From contig JAHPZH010000001.1 of the NCBI GenBank assembly GCA_019058315.1, positions 945,432 through 1,009,431 on the forward strand: a stretch of 64,000 nucleotides of DNA, read 5' to 3'. Each line of letters opens with the position of its first letter. Position 1 is the stretch's first letter. Under the pieces are notes generated by a model that saw nothing but the letters and a program-made list of their open reading frames with translations, ran no database searches and was not told the origin of the DNA. This document shows positions 28,007-37,719 of this stretch, in pieces. The position numbers and the translations under genes were made by a program. The DNA comes from Candidatus Helarchaeota archaeon. GTDB taxonomy: Archaea > Asgardarchaeota > Lokiarchaeia > Helarchaeales > RDOG01.

Positions 28007-29560
28007 ATGACCGAAGTTAAAAGTATTTATGATAAATCCATAATTAAAAAAGCATATAAAGAAATTGAAGATGTAGTTGGACCAGATTATATTACTGATA
28101 AGGACTTTATGAAGGCTTCATACTCGCGAAATGTAGATCCAGCATTTCCAGATCGATGGGCGGACATGATTATACGACCAAACACGACAAAAGAAGTATC
28201 TGGAATTGTAAAAGTAGCCAATAAATATAAGATAAAAATTATTCCTAGAGGCGGAGGAGCTGATCTTGTTGGTGGATCCGTTACACAAGATGGTATTCTC
28301 CTCGACCTTACAAGGATGAATCGTATTATTGAAATAAATGAGAATGATTTTTATTGTGTAGTAGAAACTGGAATTACATGGGGTATTTTACTCTCAGAAT
28401 TACAGAAAAAAGGTCTAACAACCGGTGTAATAGGTCCTGGTAGTGGGTATTCGGCTACTATTGGTGGTGGACTATCGAACGCCACAGCTGGAGGAGGATC
28501 AACAAAATATGGTTTAGTGCCAGATGTATGTATTGGAGTTGAGGTTGTTCTTCCTAATCCAGACGGGACAATTATAAGAACGGGAGCTGCAGCTAATCAA
28601 TATGCACAGCCTTTTTGCCGTTATGGTTTAGCCCCTGACTTCACAGGTCTCTTTATGGGAGACGTGGGAACTATGGGCATTAAAACGAAGGCATATTTAA
28701 AGCTAGTTCGAGATCCTCCAATAAAAACATCAAGCAATTATATGGTTAATACTAAAGATTACAATCTTACAGCAAAATTAATCTATGAACTACAAAAAGA
28801 AGTAAAAGAGGGAATTTACAATCTATCCATTTTACCTTATGAAATGGTCATGTTATTTAAAGATATGTTAGGAGGAGAACAACTTAAGGATATTGAGGTC
28901 ACCGGTCCAATCATCTCAGTCTCACTAGAAGCCGTTAATCAACAGATAGTAGATATTTATCAGAAAATTGTAGATGAAATCATGAAAGATGATGCTAGGC
29001 CATTCGAATTCCCAGATATGGAATCAGGAAGAGCTTTTTCTAGGAGTGGTGAATTCAAATTAAGGGATCTTTATAATGCATTTCATGGGATTATTTCATT
29101 TGTTCCTAATCAAATAACATGCACTACATGCCATAAAATTCCAATGTCCGGTTTGGCAAAGGTAGTAGAAATGGCAGATCAATTTGAAAAGCAATACAAA
29201 AAAGAATACCCTCCCGGTGGAGTGTCTATACTTGCGGGGGTGATCGCTGTGCTTAATAACGGGCATTGTATCATGGTAGGAGGTTTTCATGGTATGAATA
29301 CTGATGAACAACGTAAAATAGCAATGGATATGTGGCATAAAAAATTAAGATTCCAGGTCCAATACGGTGCTATTCACTACTGGTTGGGCGAAGCCATATC
29401 TCAATCAATAGTGGAATCTGGAGCATATACTCCTCAATTTGCAAAATTTTTTAAAGATATGAAAAGGGCTGTAGACCCCAATTTTCTATTAAGCCCAAAT
29501 AAATTTCACATGTATAGTTATGAAGATGATATTTCAAAATATATTGTTAAAGATGAATAA
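28007..29560 (+). CDS. FAD-binding oxidoreductase (GlcD/VAO superfamily), copy 2
   Basis: Tandem paralog of 26430..27989 with the same motifs. Confidence 0.88.
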   Translation: MTEVKSIYDKSIIKKAYKEIEDVVGPDYITDKDFMKASYSRNVDPAFPDRWADMIIRPNTTKEVSGIVKVANKYKIKIIPRGGGADLVGGSVTQDGILLDLTRMNRIIEINENDFYCVVETGITWGILLSELQKKGLTTGVIGPGSGYSATIGGGLSNATAGGGSTKYGLVPDVCIGVEVVLPNPDGTIIRTGAAANQYAQPFCRYGLAPDFTGLFMGDVGTMGIKTKAYLKLVRDPPIKTSSNYMVNTKDYNLTAKLIYELQKEVKEGIYNLSILPYEMVMLFKDMLGGEQLKDIEVTGPIISVSLEAVNQQIVDIYQKIVDEIMKDDARPFEFPDMESGRAFSRSGEFKLRDLYNAFHGIISFVPNQITCTTCHKIPMSGLAKVVEMADQFEKQYKKEYPPGGVSILAGVIAVLNNGHCIMVGGFHGMNTDEQRKIAMDMWHKKLRFQVQYGAIHYWLGEAISQSIVESGAYTPQFAKFFKDMKRAVDPNFLLSPNKFHMYSYEDDISKYIVKDE

Positions 29561-29589
29561 TTAAGGATGAGTAAAAAAGGTGATAAATT

Positions 29590-30798
29590 ATGACAGAAGC
29601 AGATACTAAATTTGATCCAAAAAAGAAATATAAATATTTGAAAAAAGTTAAAAATTTAATATTACAATGTATTAGTTGCGGAGATTGCAGAGAAGCAACT
29701 GATTATACTTCGGTCCCCAAGAAGTGGGGAGTCTGTGTCGCAAGGGAACATAGTACAGGGTTCGAACCTTTCTTTGGGCGAGGGAAAATGCAAATAGCTC
29801 GTTCAATTTGGCAAGGAAAATTAGAATTGAGCAAAGATCTCGCAGAAGTGCTATACCAATGTCCTACTTGTAATGCTTGTTCAACAACATGTTATTATGA
29901 TATGGACAATGCAGCCGTTTATGAGGCGTTGAGAGCAGAATTAGTCGATCGTGAACTGGGATTAGAAGATCATTTAATTATGAATCGAGCAATGGTAGAA
30001 AAATTAAATCCTTACCAACGAGATAATAAAGAAAAAGGCGAATGGTTAAAGCAATTAGATTTTAAGGTAAAAGATGCGAGTAAAGAGAAAGCAGAAGTTC
30101 TTTATTTTGTTGGATGTACAGCAGGATTAACACCAGAAATTAAAAATGTCGCAATTAATACAGCAAAAGTACTTAATAAACTTGGAGTCGATTTCGCAGT
30201 TTTCGGAGAAAATGAAGTATGTTGTGGTAGTGTTGCTATGCGAACTGGAGATCGGAAAGCTTATGATTCTGTTGTTGAAAAAAATATTGAATTATTTCAA
30301 AATTCTGGTTTAAAAACAATTGTTACAAGCTGCGCAGGTTGTTATAAAACGCTTAAAAAGGATTATCGTAAAAAAATGAAAAAGCTAGGTATTGAAGTTC
30401 TTCATACTATTGAATTTATTGATAAAAAAAATCCAAAATTAAAAAATCTAGGTATAACTGCAACATATCATGATCCCTGTCATACTGGCAGGGGAGTAGA
30501 TGAGCCATTATATGAACTACCAAGAAAGCTTTTAGCGCAAATGGCAGAAATAAAAGAGATGCAAACTATAAAAGAAAATGCAAAATGTTGTGGAGCTGGA
30601 GGTGGCGTTAAAAAAGCATTTCCAGATTTCTCTTTAGAAATTGCTAAAAGTAGAATAGAGGAAGCAGAGGAAACAGGAGCAGAATATCTTGTAAGTATTT
30701 GTCCTTTTTGCTATCGAAATTTATCCGATGCAATTAAAGCCAAAGGTTCTAAATTAAAGATGGTTGATCTGCTAGAATTGATTATCCAAGCTTTATAA
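29590..30798 (+). CDS. Fe-S oxidoreductase with CCG domains (GlcF/HdrD-like)
   Basis: CISCGDC, CPTCNAC, FVGC, CCG, SCAGC, YHDPC, CCGAGGG, CPFC. Confidence 0.92.
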   Translation: MTEADTKFDPKKKYKYLKKVKNLILQCISCGDCREATDYTSVPKKWGVCVAREHSTGFEPFFGRGKMQIARSIWQGKLELSKDLAEVLYQCPTCNACSTTCYYDMDNAAVYEALRAELVDRELGLEDHLIMNRAMVEKLNPYQRDNKEKGEWLKQLDFKVKDASKEKAEVLYFVGCTAGLTPEIKNVAINTAKVLNKLGVDFAVFGENEVCCGSVAMRTGDRKAYDSVVEKNIELFQNSGLKTIVTSCAGCYKTLKKDYRKKMKKLGIEVLHTIEFIDKKNPKLKNLGITATYHDPCHTGRGVDEPLYELPRKLLAQMAEIKEMQTIKENAKCCGAGGGVKKAFPDFSLEIAKSRIEEAEETGAEYLVSICPFCYRNLSDAIKAKGSKLKMVDLLELIIQAL

Positions 30799-30852
30799 TC
30801 TATTTTTTTATTTTAAAATCTTATTTAAATCAAAGATAGGAAAAGTGGATAT

Positions 30853-32841
30853 ATGACTACTTTAAAGGATCCAATAACTATTAGAAAAATGGAAGTTAAA
30901 AATAGGTGGGGACTCCCTCCTATGCTTACTTTTTCATCTGATCCAAAGGGTTGTCCCTCTGACAAAACAATTATGATATATGAACAAAAAGCTCGTGGTG
31001 GAGTAGGTTTAATTACTTTTGAAGCAACTGCAGTGGATACATCCTCTGTTCTGGGTGGGGGCGGAGCTTTTTTAGGAACGGATGATAATATTTCGTGTTA
31101 TAAGAAATTAACTGATATAATACATAAACATGGTGCTAAAATTGGAGTACAATTAGCTGAAAATGGGATAATTGGATTTATAGGAAAGGTCTTATTAAAT
31201 CTCGATGTACAGATATTTGGACCATCAAAAGTAGATCCAGTTATGGCAACTTCAGCTTATGATGTTATGATGCCGGATTGGACTAATAAAATTAAAGAAA
31301 CTGATACTGAAATCATTGAATTTGACAAAAAAACAATAATTAGATATGAAAATGAATTTGCAGATGCAGCAAAAAGAGCGATTCAAGCTGGATTTGATTT
31401 TGTTGAGATCCATTCTGCTCATGGAACTACGCATGCATCTTTTTTAGCTCCTTATTATAATAAAAGAACTGACGAATATGGAGGAACATTAGAAAAAAGG
31501 ACTCTTTTTACTGTCAATACTATTAAGAAAATAAGAAAAAGTATAGGTGAAAAACCACCAATATTTGTTCGAATTTCCGCTGATGAGCTTTTGGAGGATG
31601 GAAATCGGCTTGATGATTCAATAAAAATTGCTAAAATTTTAGAAAAAGCTGGAACTGATTGTCTTGACGTAAGTCAAGGCAATATGATTCGAACTCCTCA
31701 TGGTATTCAAATCCCCACTTATATAGACCATGGAGAATTCGTTTATCTAGCCGAGGCGATTAAGAAAGAGATTAATATTCCTGTAATCACAGTTGGTAGA
31801 ATTACTGATCCTAAAATGGCGGATGAGATTATTCAACAAGGAAAAGCTGATATTGTTTATACAGGTCGTCAGTTAATATGCGATCCTGAAACCCCAAATA
31901 AATATTTTAGTGGTCAGCTTGATGATATTATGCCTTGTCTAGGGTGTTTACAAGGTTGTAATGTAGCACCACAACTTTGTGTTTATGATGCATTTGGTGG
32001 TCGAAATTATCAAGAAATAGAGTCAACAACTGAACCAAAGAAAATTGTTATTTTAGGTGCTGGGATTGCTGGAATGGAAGCAGCTAGAGTTGCAAAAATA
32101 AGAGGACACGATGTTTCAATTTATGAAAAGTCCGATAAAGTAGGAGGAATAATACCTATCGTAGCAAAGGAATATAAAAAAGAAGATTTCATAAAAATTA
32201 TAAATTATTTAAAAACTCAATTAAAAAAACTAAATATCCCTATTTATTTTAATAAAATTCTTAATAAAGATGATATTAATTCACTAAAACCAGATATTTT
32301 AGTTTTAGCATGCGGGTCAACCGAATTTTTACCTGACAACTTTAAAGATTCTCCAAATGTCTTTACACAAGAAGAAGCAATTTTAAAAACAAGACCATTA
32401 GGGAAAAATATTGTTATTAGAGGAGTTAATACCTATTGGAAGGGTGGTGTAGAAACAGCTATTACTTTAAGTGAAGAAGGATATAATATTAAAGCAATAA
32501 TTGGACCAGGACCTCTAGTAGCGAGTGATATTTTATGGGCAACGGGTAGAAGATTCTGGATTCTTAATTATTTTAAAAGAAAAAATATCCCAATATATAC
32601 AAAAGCTAAAATTTTAGACGTATTGGAGAATGGGGTTAAATTTATTGATAACGATGGGAAAGAACAATTTATCGAAGCTGATACATTTATTTACTGTGGT
32701 GCTCGTAGAGGTAATAATAAAGAATTAAAAAAAGAATTCAAAGGAATAGTTCCTGAAATTGTAAGTATTGGTGATGGTAAAAGGCCTAGTAATATTCAAG
32801 AAGTAATGAAAGATGCCCAAAAATTTGCAAGGAAGGTTTAA
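30853..32841 (+). CDS. NADH:flavin oxidoreductase, 2,4-dienoyl-CoA reductase/BaiCD-like architecture
   Basis: OYE barrel (AGFDFVEIH, NKRTDEYGG), CLGCLQGC cluster motif, GAGIAG Rossmann motif. Confidence 0.9.
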   Translation: MTTLKDPITIRKMEVKNRWGLPPMLTFSSDPKGCPSDKTIMIYEQKARGGVGLITFEATAVDTSSVLGGGGAFLGTDDNISCYKKLTDIIHKHGAKIGVQLAENGIIGFIGKVLLNLDVQIFGPSKVDPVMATSAYDVMMPDWTNKIKETDTEIIEFDKKTIIRYENEFADAAKRAIQAGFDFVEIHSAHGTTHASFLAPYYNKRTDEYGGTLEKRTLFTVNTIKKIRKSIGEKPPIFVRISADELLEDGNRLDDSIKIAKILEKAGTDCLDVSQGNMIRTPHGIQIPTYIDHGEFVYLAEAIKKEINIPVITVGRITDPKMADEIIQQGKADIVYTGRQLICDPETPNKYFSGQLDDIMPCLGCLQGCNVAPQLCVYDAFGGRNYQEIESTTEPKKIVILGAGIAGMEAARVAKIRGHDVSIYEKSDKVGGIIPIVAKEYKKEDFIKIINYLKTQLKKLNIPIYFNKILNKDDINSLKPDILVLACGSTEFLPDNFKDSPNVFTQEEAILKTRPLGKNIVIRGVNTYWKGGVETAITLSEEGYNIKAIIGPGPLVASDILWATGRRFWILNYFKRKNIPIYTKAKILDVLENGVKFIDNDGKEQFIEADTFIYCGARRGNNKELKKEFKGIVPEIVSIGDGKRPSNIQEVMKDAQKFARKV

Positions 32842-32846
32842 TAAAA

Positions 32847-34511
32847 ATGTCAAAGAAAAAATTTAGATTAAGAAAATCATCCATTCTAAGAGATGCCATA
32901 AAAGGTAAGGCGGAAACTGTTGGAGAAAAGGAATGGCTTACTTATATTAAAGATTTTGATAAAGGGATTGATAAAAAATATACTTATTTGGATTCACATT
33001 TAATTTCGAACCGTATTGGGAATGGTTTATTAAAATTAGGCTTAAAAAGAGGAGATGGAATTGCCTTAATGGAGGTAAATTCTCCAGAATTTATACATTC
33101 TGTATTTGCTTCTTTTAAAATTGGAGCTTACATTGTATTAGTTAATACTGGGTTAAAAGGAGACGGTTTAGCCTTTATTATAAATCATTCTGATGCAGTG
33201 GCAGTACTTATTAATCATACGTATTTAGAGAGAATATTAGAGATTAAGGATCAATTAAAGAATATAAAATATATTATTGTTGATATAAATGAAGCTCCAG
33301 AAGATTTTAAACTGCCTGACGATGCGGTTTCTATTCAAGAATTGATGAAGGCACCCGATGACGATATAGATGCTGAGATCAGTCTTGATGATTTGGCTAT
33401 GCTTATGTACACAGCAGGCACAACTGGATTACCAAAGGGTGTAGTTTTTTTACAGGGAAAATTATTAGGTGGCATGAATGTTAAATCACTCGCAGCAATG
33501 GGCGGAATAACTGCTGATAAAGGTGATGTTCTATTTACTTGTTTACCTCTTTTTCATTCTAATGCGCTATTCCTTACAACTTTAAATGGTTATTTTAGCG
33601 AATTACCTGTAGTCCTCGCTAAAAGATTTAGTGCTAGCAGACATTGGAATATTTGTCGAAAATATAATATTACATCTTTTAATGCTCTTGGAGCAATGAT
33701 TCCAATTTTAATGAAACAACCAGAAAGACCAAATGATAAAGAACATAAAGTTAGGAGAATTAATAGCGCTGCATGTCCGAAAGAAATTTGGGAAGCATTT
33801 GAAAAAAGATTTAATGTTCCTTTAAACGAAGCTTATGGAGCAACAGACGGTGGGGGATTTATGCTAGCTAATTTTGGAGGAGATAAACAGCCAGTAGGTT
33901 CAATGGGAAAGGCAGTACCTGGCACTAATGCATCGGTTCTAGACTATGATGGAACTCATTTAGGTCCTAATGAAATTGGTGAGCTTGTTTTTGAATGGAA
34001 AGATACTGAGGCAAAACAAAGAGAAGTTAAATATTATAAGAATGTAGAGGCATCAAAAAAATTAATTATACAAGATAAAGATGGAAACAATTGGTTTAGT
34101 ACAGGAGATTTAGTTTATAAAGACGAAGATGGCTGGTTCTATTATGTAGATAGAAAAAAAGACGTTATTAGAAGAAGAGGTGAAAATATTGCCTCATTTA
34201 GTATTGAAAAAATAATTAATTTACAAGATAAAGTATTAGAATCTGCCGCTTATGGAGTCAAATCTGAACTAGGAGAAGATGAAGTTATGGTCGCTGTTGT
34301 TTTGAAACCAGGTGAAACTATGACCCCAGAAGAACTTCTAGATTTTTGTCAAGATAAAATGGCACATTTTATGGTTCCCAGATATGTCGAATTTATGCTA
34401 CAATTGCCAAAAAGTCCAGTTCATAGAGTATTAAAAAGGGAACTTAAAAAAATTGGTGTAACCGAAAATACCTGGGATCGGGAAAAAGCAGGTTATAAAG
34501 TAAAACGTTGA
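32847..34511 (+). CDS. ATP-dependent acyl-CoA ligase (CaiC-like)
   Basis: YTAGTTGLPKG, YGATD, TGD, DRKKDVIRRRGENI. Confidence 0.92.
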   Translation: MSKKKFRLRKSSILRDAIKGKAETVGEKEWLTYIKDFDKGIDKKYTYLDSHLISNRIGNGLLKLGLKRGDGIALMEVNSPEFIHSVFASFKIGAYIVLVNTGLKGDGLAFIINHSDAVAVLINHTYLERILEIKDQLKNIKYIIVDINEAPEDFKLPDDAVSIQELMKAPDDDIDAEISLDDLAMLMYTAGTTGLPKGVVFLQGKLLGGMNVKSLAAMGGITADKGDVLFTCLPLFHSNALFLTTLNGYFSELPVVLAKRFSASRHWNICRKYNITSFNALGAMIPILMKQPERPNDKEHKVRRINSAACPKEIWEAFEKRFNVPLNEAYGATDGGGFMLANFGGDKQPVGSMGKAVPGTNASVLDYDGTHLGPNEIGELVFEWKDTEAKQREVKYYKNVEASKKLIIQDKDGNNWFSTGDLVYKDEDGWFYYVDRKKDVIRRRGENIASFSIEKIINLQDKVLESAAYGVKSELGEDEVMVAVVLKPGETMTPEELLDFCQDKMAHFMVPRYVEFMLQLPKSPVHRVLKRELKKIGVTENTWDREKAGYKVKR

Positions 34512-34527
34512 CGTGGTGTTGTTATTA

Positions 34528-34893
34528 ATGAGTTTATACATTAATGGTAAGTTAAATGGAGTCAAATGTAATGATTGTGGACATATTAGATTTCCATTCA
34601 CAAACTATTGTAATAAATGCCAATCTGAAAATGTATCATCATATCTTATTGGTCCAAAAGGTCAGTTAATGAGTTATACTATTTCATATACAAGACCAAT
34701 GATGGGTAAATTTAAAGCTCCATATGCTTATGGAGTTTCAAGGTTTTTAGTGGATGAAGGAAAACATGTTGATGTTTTGGGTATAATAAATCCAAAGATT
34801 CCATTTGAAGATATTAAAATTGACGACGAAATTGAACTTATTGAAGATAAATTATTTGTTATATTTAATATGGCAGGTGTTGAAGAAAAATGA
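34528..34893 (+). CDS. DUF35 Zn-ribbon/OB-fold protein (thiolase partner)
   Basis: CNDC...FP...CNKC, G-x-L-x-SYT, PY; overlaps the thiolase start by 4 nt. Confidence 0.88.
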   Translation: MSLYINGKLNGVKCNDCGHIRFPFTNYCNKCQSENVSSYLIGPKGQLMSYTISYTRPMMGKFKAPYAYGVSRFLVDEGKHVDVLGIINPKIPFEDIKIDDEIELIEDKLFVIFNMAGVEEK

Positions 34894-36080
34894 GAAATGT
34901 TGCAGTTGTTGGCGCAGGAGTATTTCCATTCGGTCGCCACGATGATCTTTTATATATGAATATGGGACGTCCAGCAGTTCTTGAAGCTATTCAAGACGCT
35001 GGTATAGATAAAAAACAAATTGAAGCATGCTATTGTGGTACTACTGGTGGTGTTGGAGTAGCACATGATATCTTGAATGAAATAGATATCTTAGGCATAC
35101 CTATTACAAGAGTAGAAAATGCTTGTGTATCTGGTTCAAATGCAATTCGACAAGCTTGGATGGATATTGCTTTAGGTCTTCATGATATTATGTTAGTTAT
35201 TGGTATCGAGAAAATGAAAGATAATTCTATGGCAGCTGTATCAGGAGGTCAAGGACGTATTCAACTTGAAATGAAGGCAATTAGAAAATTTCAAGTTTTC
35301 TCAAGCATGGGAATTGTCGGACCACCTGGTTATTTCGCATTAGCTGCGCAACGACATATGGTAGAATTTGGAACTACAAAAGAACAGCTTGCAAAAGTCG
35401 TGATTAAAAGCAGAAATAATGCAAAAAATAATTCTAAGGCTGAACATAGAAAGCCTATGACAATAGATGAAGTTTTAAATGATAAAATGATTAATCCGCC
35501 ATTAACAAGAAGCCAATGTTGCCCAAAAACCGATGGTGCTGCGGCTGCAATTTTAATGAGCGAAGAACTAGCTAAAAAATATACAGATACTCCTGTGTGG
35601 ATTAAAGGATCTGCTATGGGATCTGATTATACATTAAACTTAATGTCTAATTTAACAACTATGCCTAATACTGAAGTAGCTAAAAAAGCATTTAAAATGG
35701 CCAAATTAGAACCTAAAGATTTCTTTAAAAATGGATTTGCAGAAGTTCACGATTGTTTTTCAATTTCAGAGTATTTACATTATGAAGATTTCGGTTTTTG
35801 TAAAAAAGGAGAAGGTCCAAAAATGTTGGAGGAAGGTATTACTGAAATTGATGGTACCCTTCCCATAAATCCTTCTGGAGGATTATTATCATGTGGTCAT
35901 CCACTTGGAGCAACTGGAGTTCGACAAGTTGCGGAGATACTTTATCAAATGCGAAAAGATAAAGAAGTAGCAAAACGTCAAATCCCAGACAGCAATCTTA
36001 ATCTTGCACTAACACACACAATGGGGCAACCTGTCTTAGGATGGACCGGGTGTATTCATATATTTACTCGAGAACTCTAA
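34890..36080 (+). CDS. SCP-x-type thiolase-family protein
   Basis: VENACVSG (nucleophilic Cys retained), DGAAA, EVHDCF, NPSGGLL, GHPLGATG. Confidence 0.93.
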   Translation: MRNVAVVGAGVFPFGRHDDLLYMNMGRPAVLEAIQDAGIDKKQIEACYCGTTGGVGVAHDILNEIDILGIPITRVENACVSGSNAIRQAWMDIALGLHDIMLVIGIEKMKDNSMAAVSGGQGRIQLEMKAIRKFQVFSSMGIVGPPGYFALAAQRHMVEFGTTKEQLAKVVIKSRNNAKNNSKAEHRKPMTIDEVLNDKMINPPLTRSQCCPKTDGAAAAILMSEELAKKYTDTPVWIKGSAMGSDYTLNLMSNLTTMPNTEVAKKAFKMAKLEPKDFFKNGFAEVHDCFSISEYLHYEDFGFCKKGEGPKMLEEGITEIDGTLPINPSGGLLSCGHPLGATGVRQVAEILYQMRKDKEVAKRQIPDSNLNLALTHTMGQPVLGWTGCIHIFTREL

Positions 36081-36177
36081 ATCTAATTAAAAATTTAAAA
36101 TAGTCAATTTTTTCTCTTTATAAAACCTTGTTTTTATGATGTAAACTTTATAAAATTAAAATTATTTAATTTGGTAT

Positions 36178-37200
36178 ATGGATAATATCACACCAAAAGA
36201 ACGTGTATTTCGAGCATTAAATTGCGAAGAAGTTGATAAAATACCCGTTGTCCCACAATTAACGTTTGCAGCTGCAAAATATAGAGATAAATCCATATCA
36301 GAGGTTTTGGTTGATCCTCAACTACAGCTGGAGGCACTTTTATATGCACAAAAACAATGTGGATATGATGGGATATATGCAAATTGGGAAAGTAGTAGCG
36401 TTCTTTTAGCTTCTGCAATGGGTTGTAGTATAATTACTTTTGAAGATATTTCGCCAAGAATAAAAAACCCATTAGTAAGTACTCTAGAAAGTGCAAAAAA
36501 TTTATTCATACCTCACCCTAAAAAAGCAGGACGACTTCCTTTGAATCTTGAGTTAACTAAAAATTTAATTGAGAAAGTTGGAAATAATTTGGCAATTTTT
36601 AATTATTTACCAGGTCCATTTTCATTTGCAGCAGTACTTATGGGTGTAGATGAAGCTTTAACTAAAATTTTTAATGATCCAGAATTATTAAAAATTGTTA
36701 TGGAATCTGCAAGACTTGCAGCAGTCACATTTGGTGTTACTAAAATTCAAATGGGAGCTGAAATTTTAACCATTGTAGAACCATTTTCCAATTTTGATAA
36801 TCTTTCTCCAAAACAATTTGAAGATATTTGTCTTCCTTCTATCAAAAAAATGGTTAATGAATTACGTCTTAAAAAAACTAAAATTGGACTTCATGTTTGT
36901 GGGAACTCGTTTCCTTTAATTGATCTTTTAGTAGATACGGGTATAGATTTTCTAGAACTAGATTCAAAAGTTGATTTAGCTGCAATTCGTAAAAAAATCA
37001 AATCAGATATTTGTCTTATTGGTAATATCGATACAACTAATCTATTTATGAAACCTGCAGTTGAAATCGAGAATGAATGTAAAGACCTAATTAATAAAAT
37101 GGGGGATAGAGGATTTATATTAAGTTCGAGTTGTGAAATTAGATTCCGGACTCCCCTTGAAAATATTTGTAGTATGGTGAAAAGTACAAATCTCAAATAA
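36178..37200 (+). CDS. MtaA/CmuA-like methyltransferase (URO-D family)
   Basis: PKERV...DKIPVVP, GPFS, LHVCG and terminal SSSCE Zn ligands. Confidence 0.82.
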   Translation: MDNITPKERVFRALNCEEVDKIPVVPQLTFAAAKYRDKSISEVLVDPQLQLEALLYAQKQCGYDGIYANWESSSVLLASAMGCSIITFEDISPRIKNPLVSTLESAKNLFIPHPKKAGRLPLNLELTKNLIEKVGNNLAIFNYLPGPFSFAAVLMGVDEALTKIFNDPELLKIVMESARLAAVTFGVTKIQMGAEILTIVEPFSNFDNLSPKQFEDICLPSIKKMVNELRLKKTKIGLHVCGNSFPLIDLLVDTGIDFLELDSKVDLAAIRKKIKSDICLIGNIDTTNLFMKPAVEIENECKDLINKMGDRGFILSSSCEIRFRTPLENICSMVKSTNLK

Positions 37201-37233
37201 CACTACAGATATTTATTTCTTGGTATAAATTAT

Positions 37234-37578
37234 TTAATAACCATATTTTATAGTTTCATTAAATAAGTGATCGAAATTAATTTGATACATTGGTTCTTTC
37301 CAAAAGTCAGATACAATTTTAATTATTCTTCCATATGCAATAATTCTATCACTCTTTCGTAAATGAGGTATAATAAGTTCTCCGGCTACACGCCCCGCCA
37401 CGCCTAATGCTGGGATTTCATCCGGTAATCCGTCAGGAAGACCATCTATATCATTATCTACGTTAAACATAAAACTTAATCTAATTGATTGATGACTACG
37501 AATAAAATGAATATCAGAAGTTGTTATATTTCCTCTTAAAATTCCTTCAAATAAAATCTGTTTAGATAACCCAAACAC
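37234..37578 (-). CDS. Small OB-fold-like hypothetical protein
   Basis: ILFEG...GxIT...P(D/E)EI...LRKSDRIxxYGRI...FW...HLFNET aligns with both halves of 39159..39749. Confidence 0.7.
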   Translation of the reverse strand: MFGLSKQILFEGILRGNITTSDIHFIRSHQSIRLSFMFNVDNDIDGLPDGLPDEIPALGVAGRVAGELIIPHLRKSDRIIAYGRIIKIVSDFWKEPMYQINFDHLFNETIKYGY

Positions 37579-37719
37579 CTCCTTTTTAATATTTTTATTT
37601 CTATTTTATATTGAAATAAAGTAATTAAAAACAATATATAATATGTGCTTTTTTAATAAATTGGATTTTTAATAATTATTTTAATGAACAATTAAATTTA
37701 AATGGAATAAGGCATTAAA

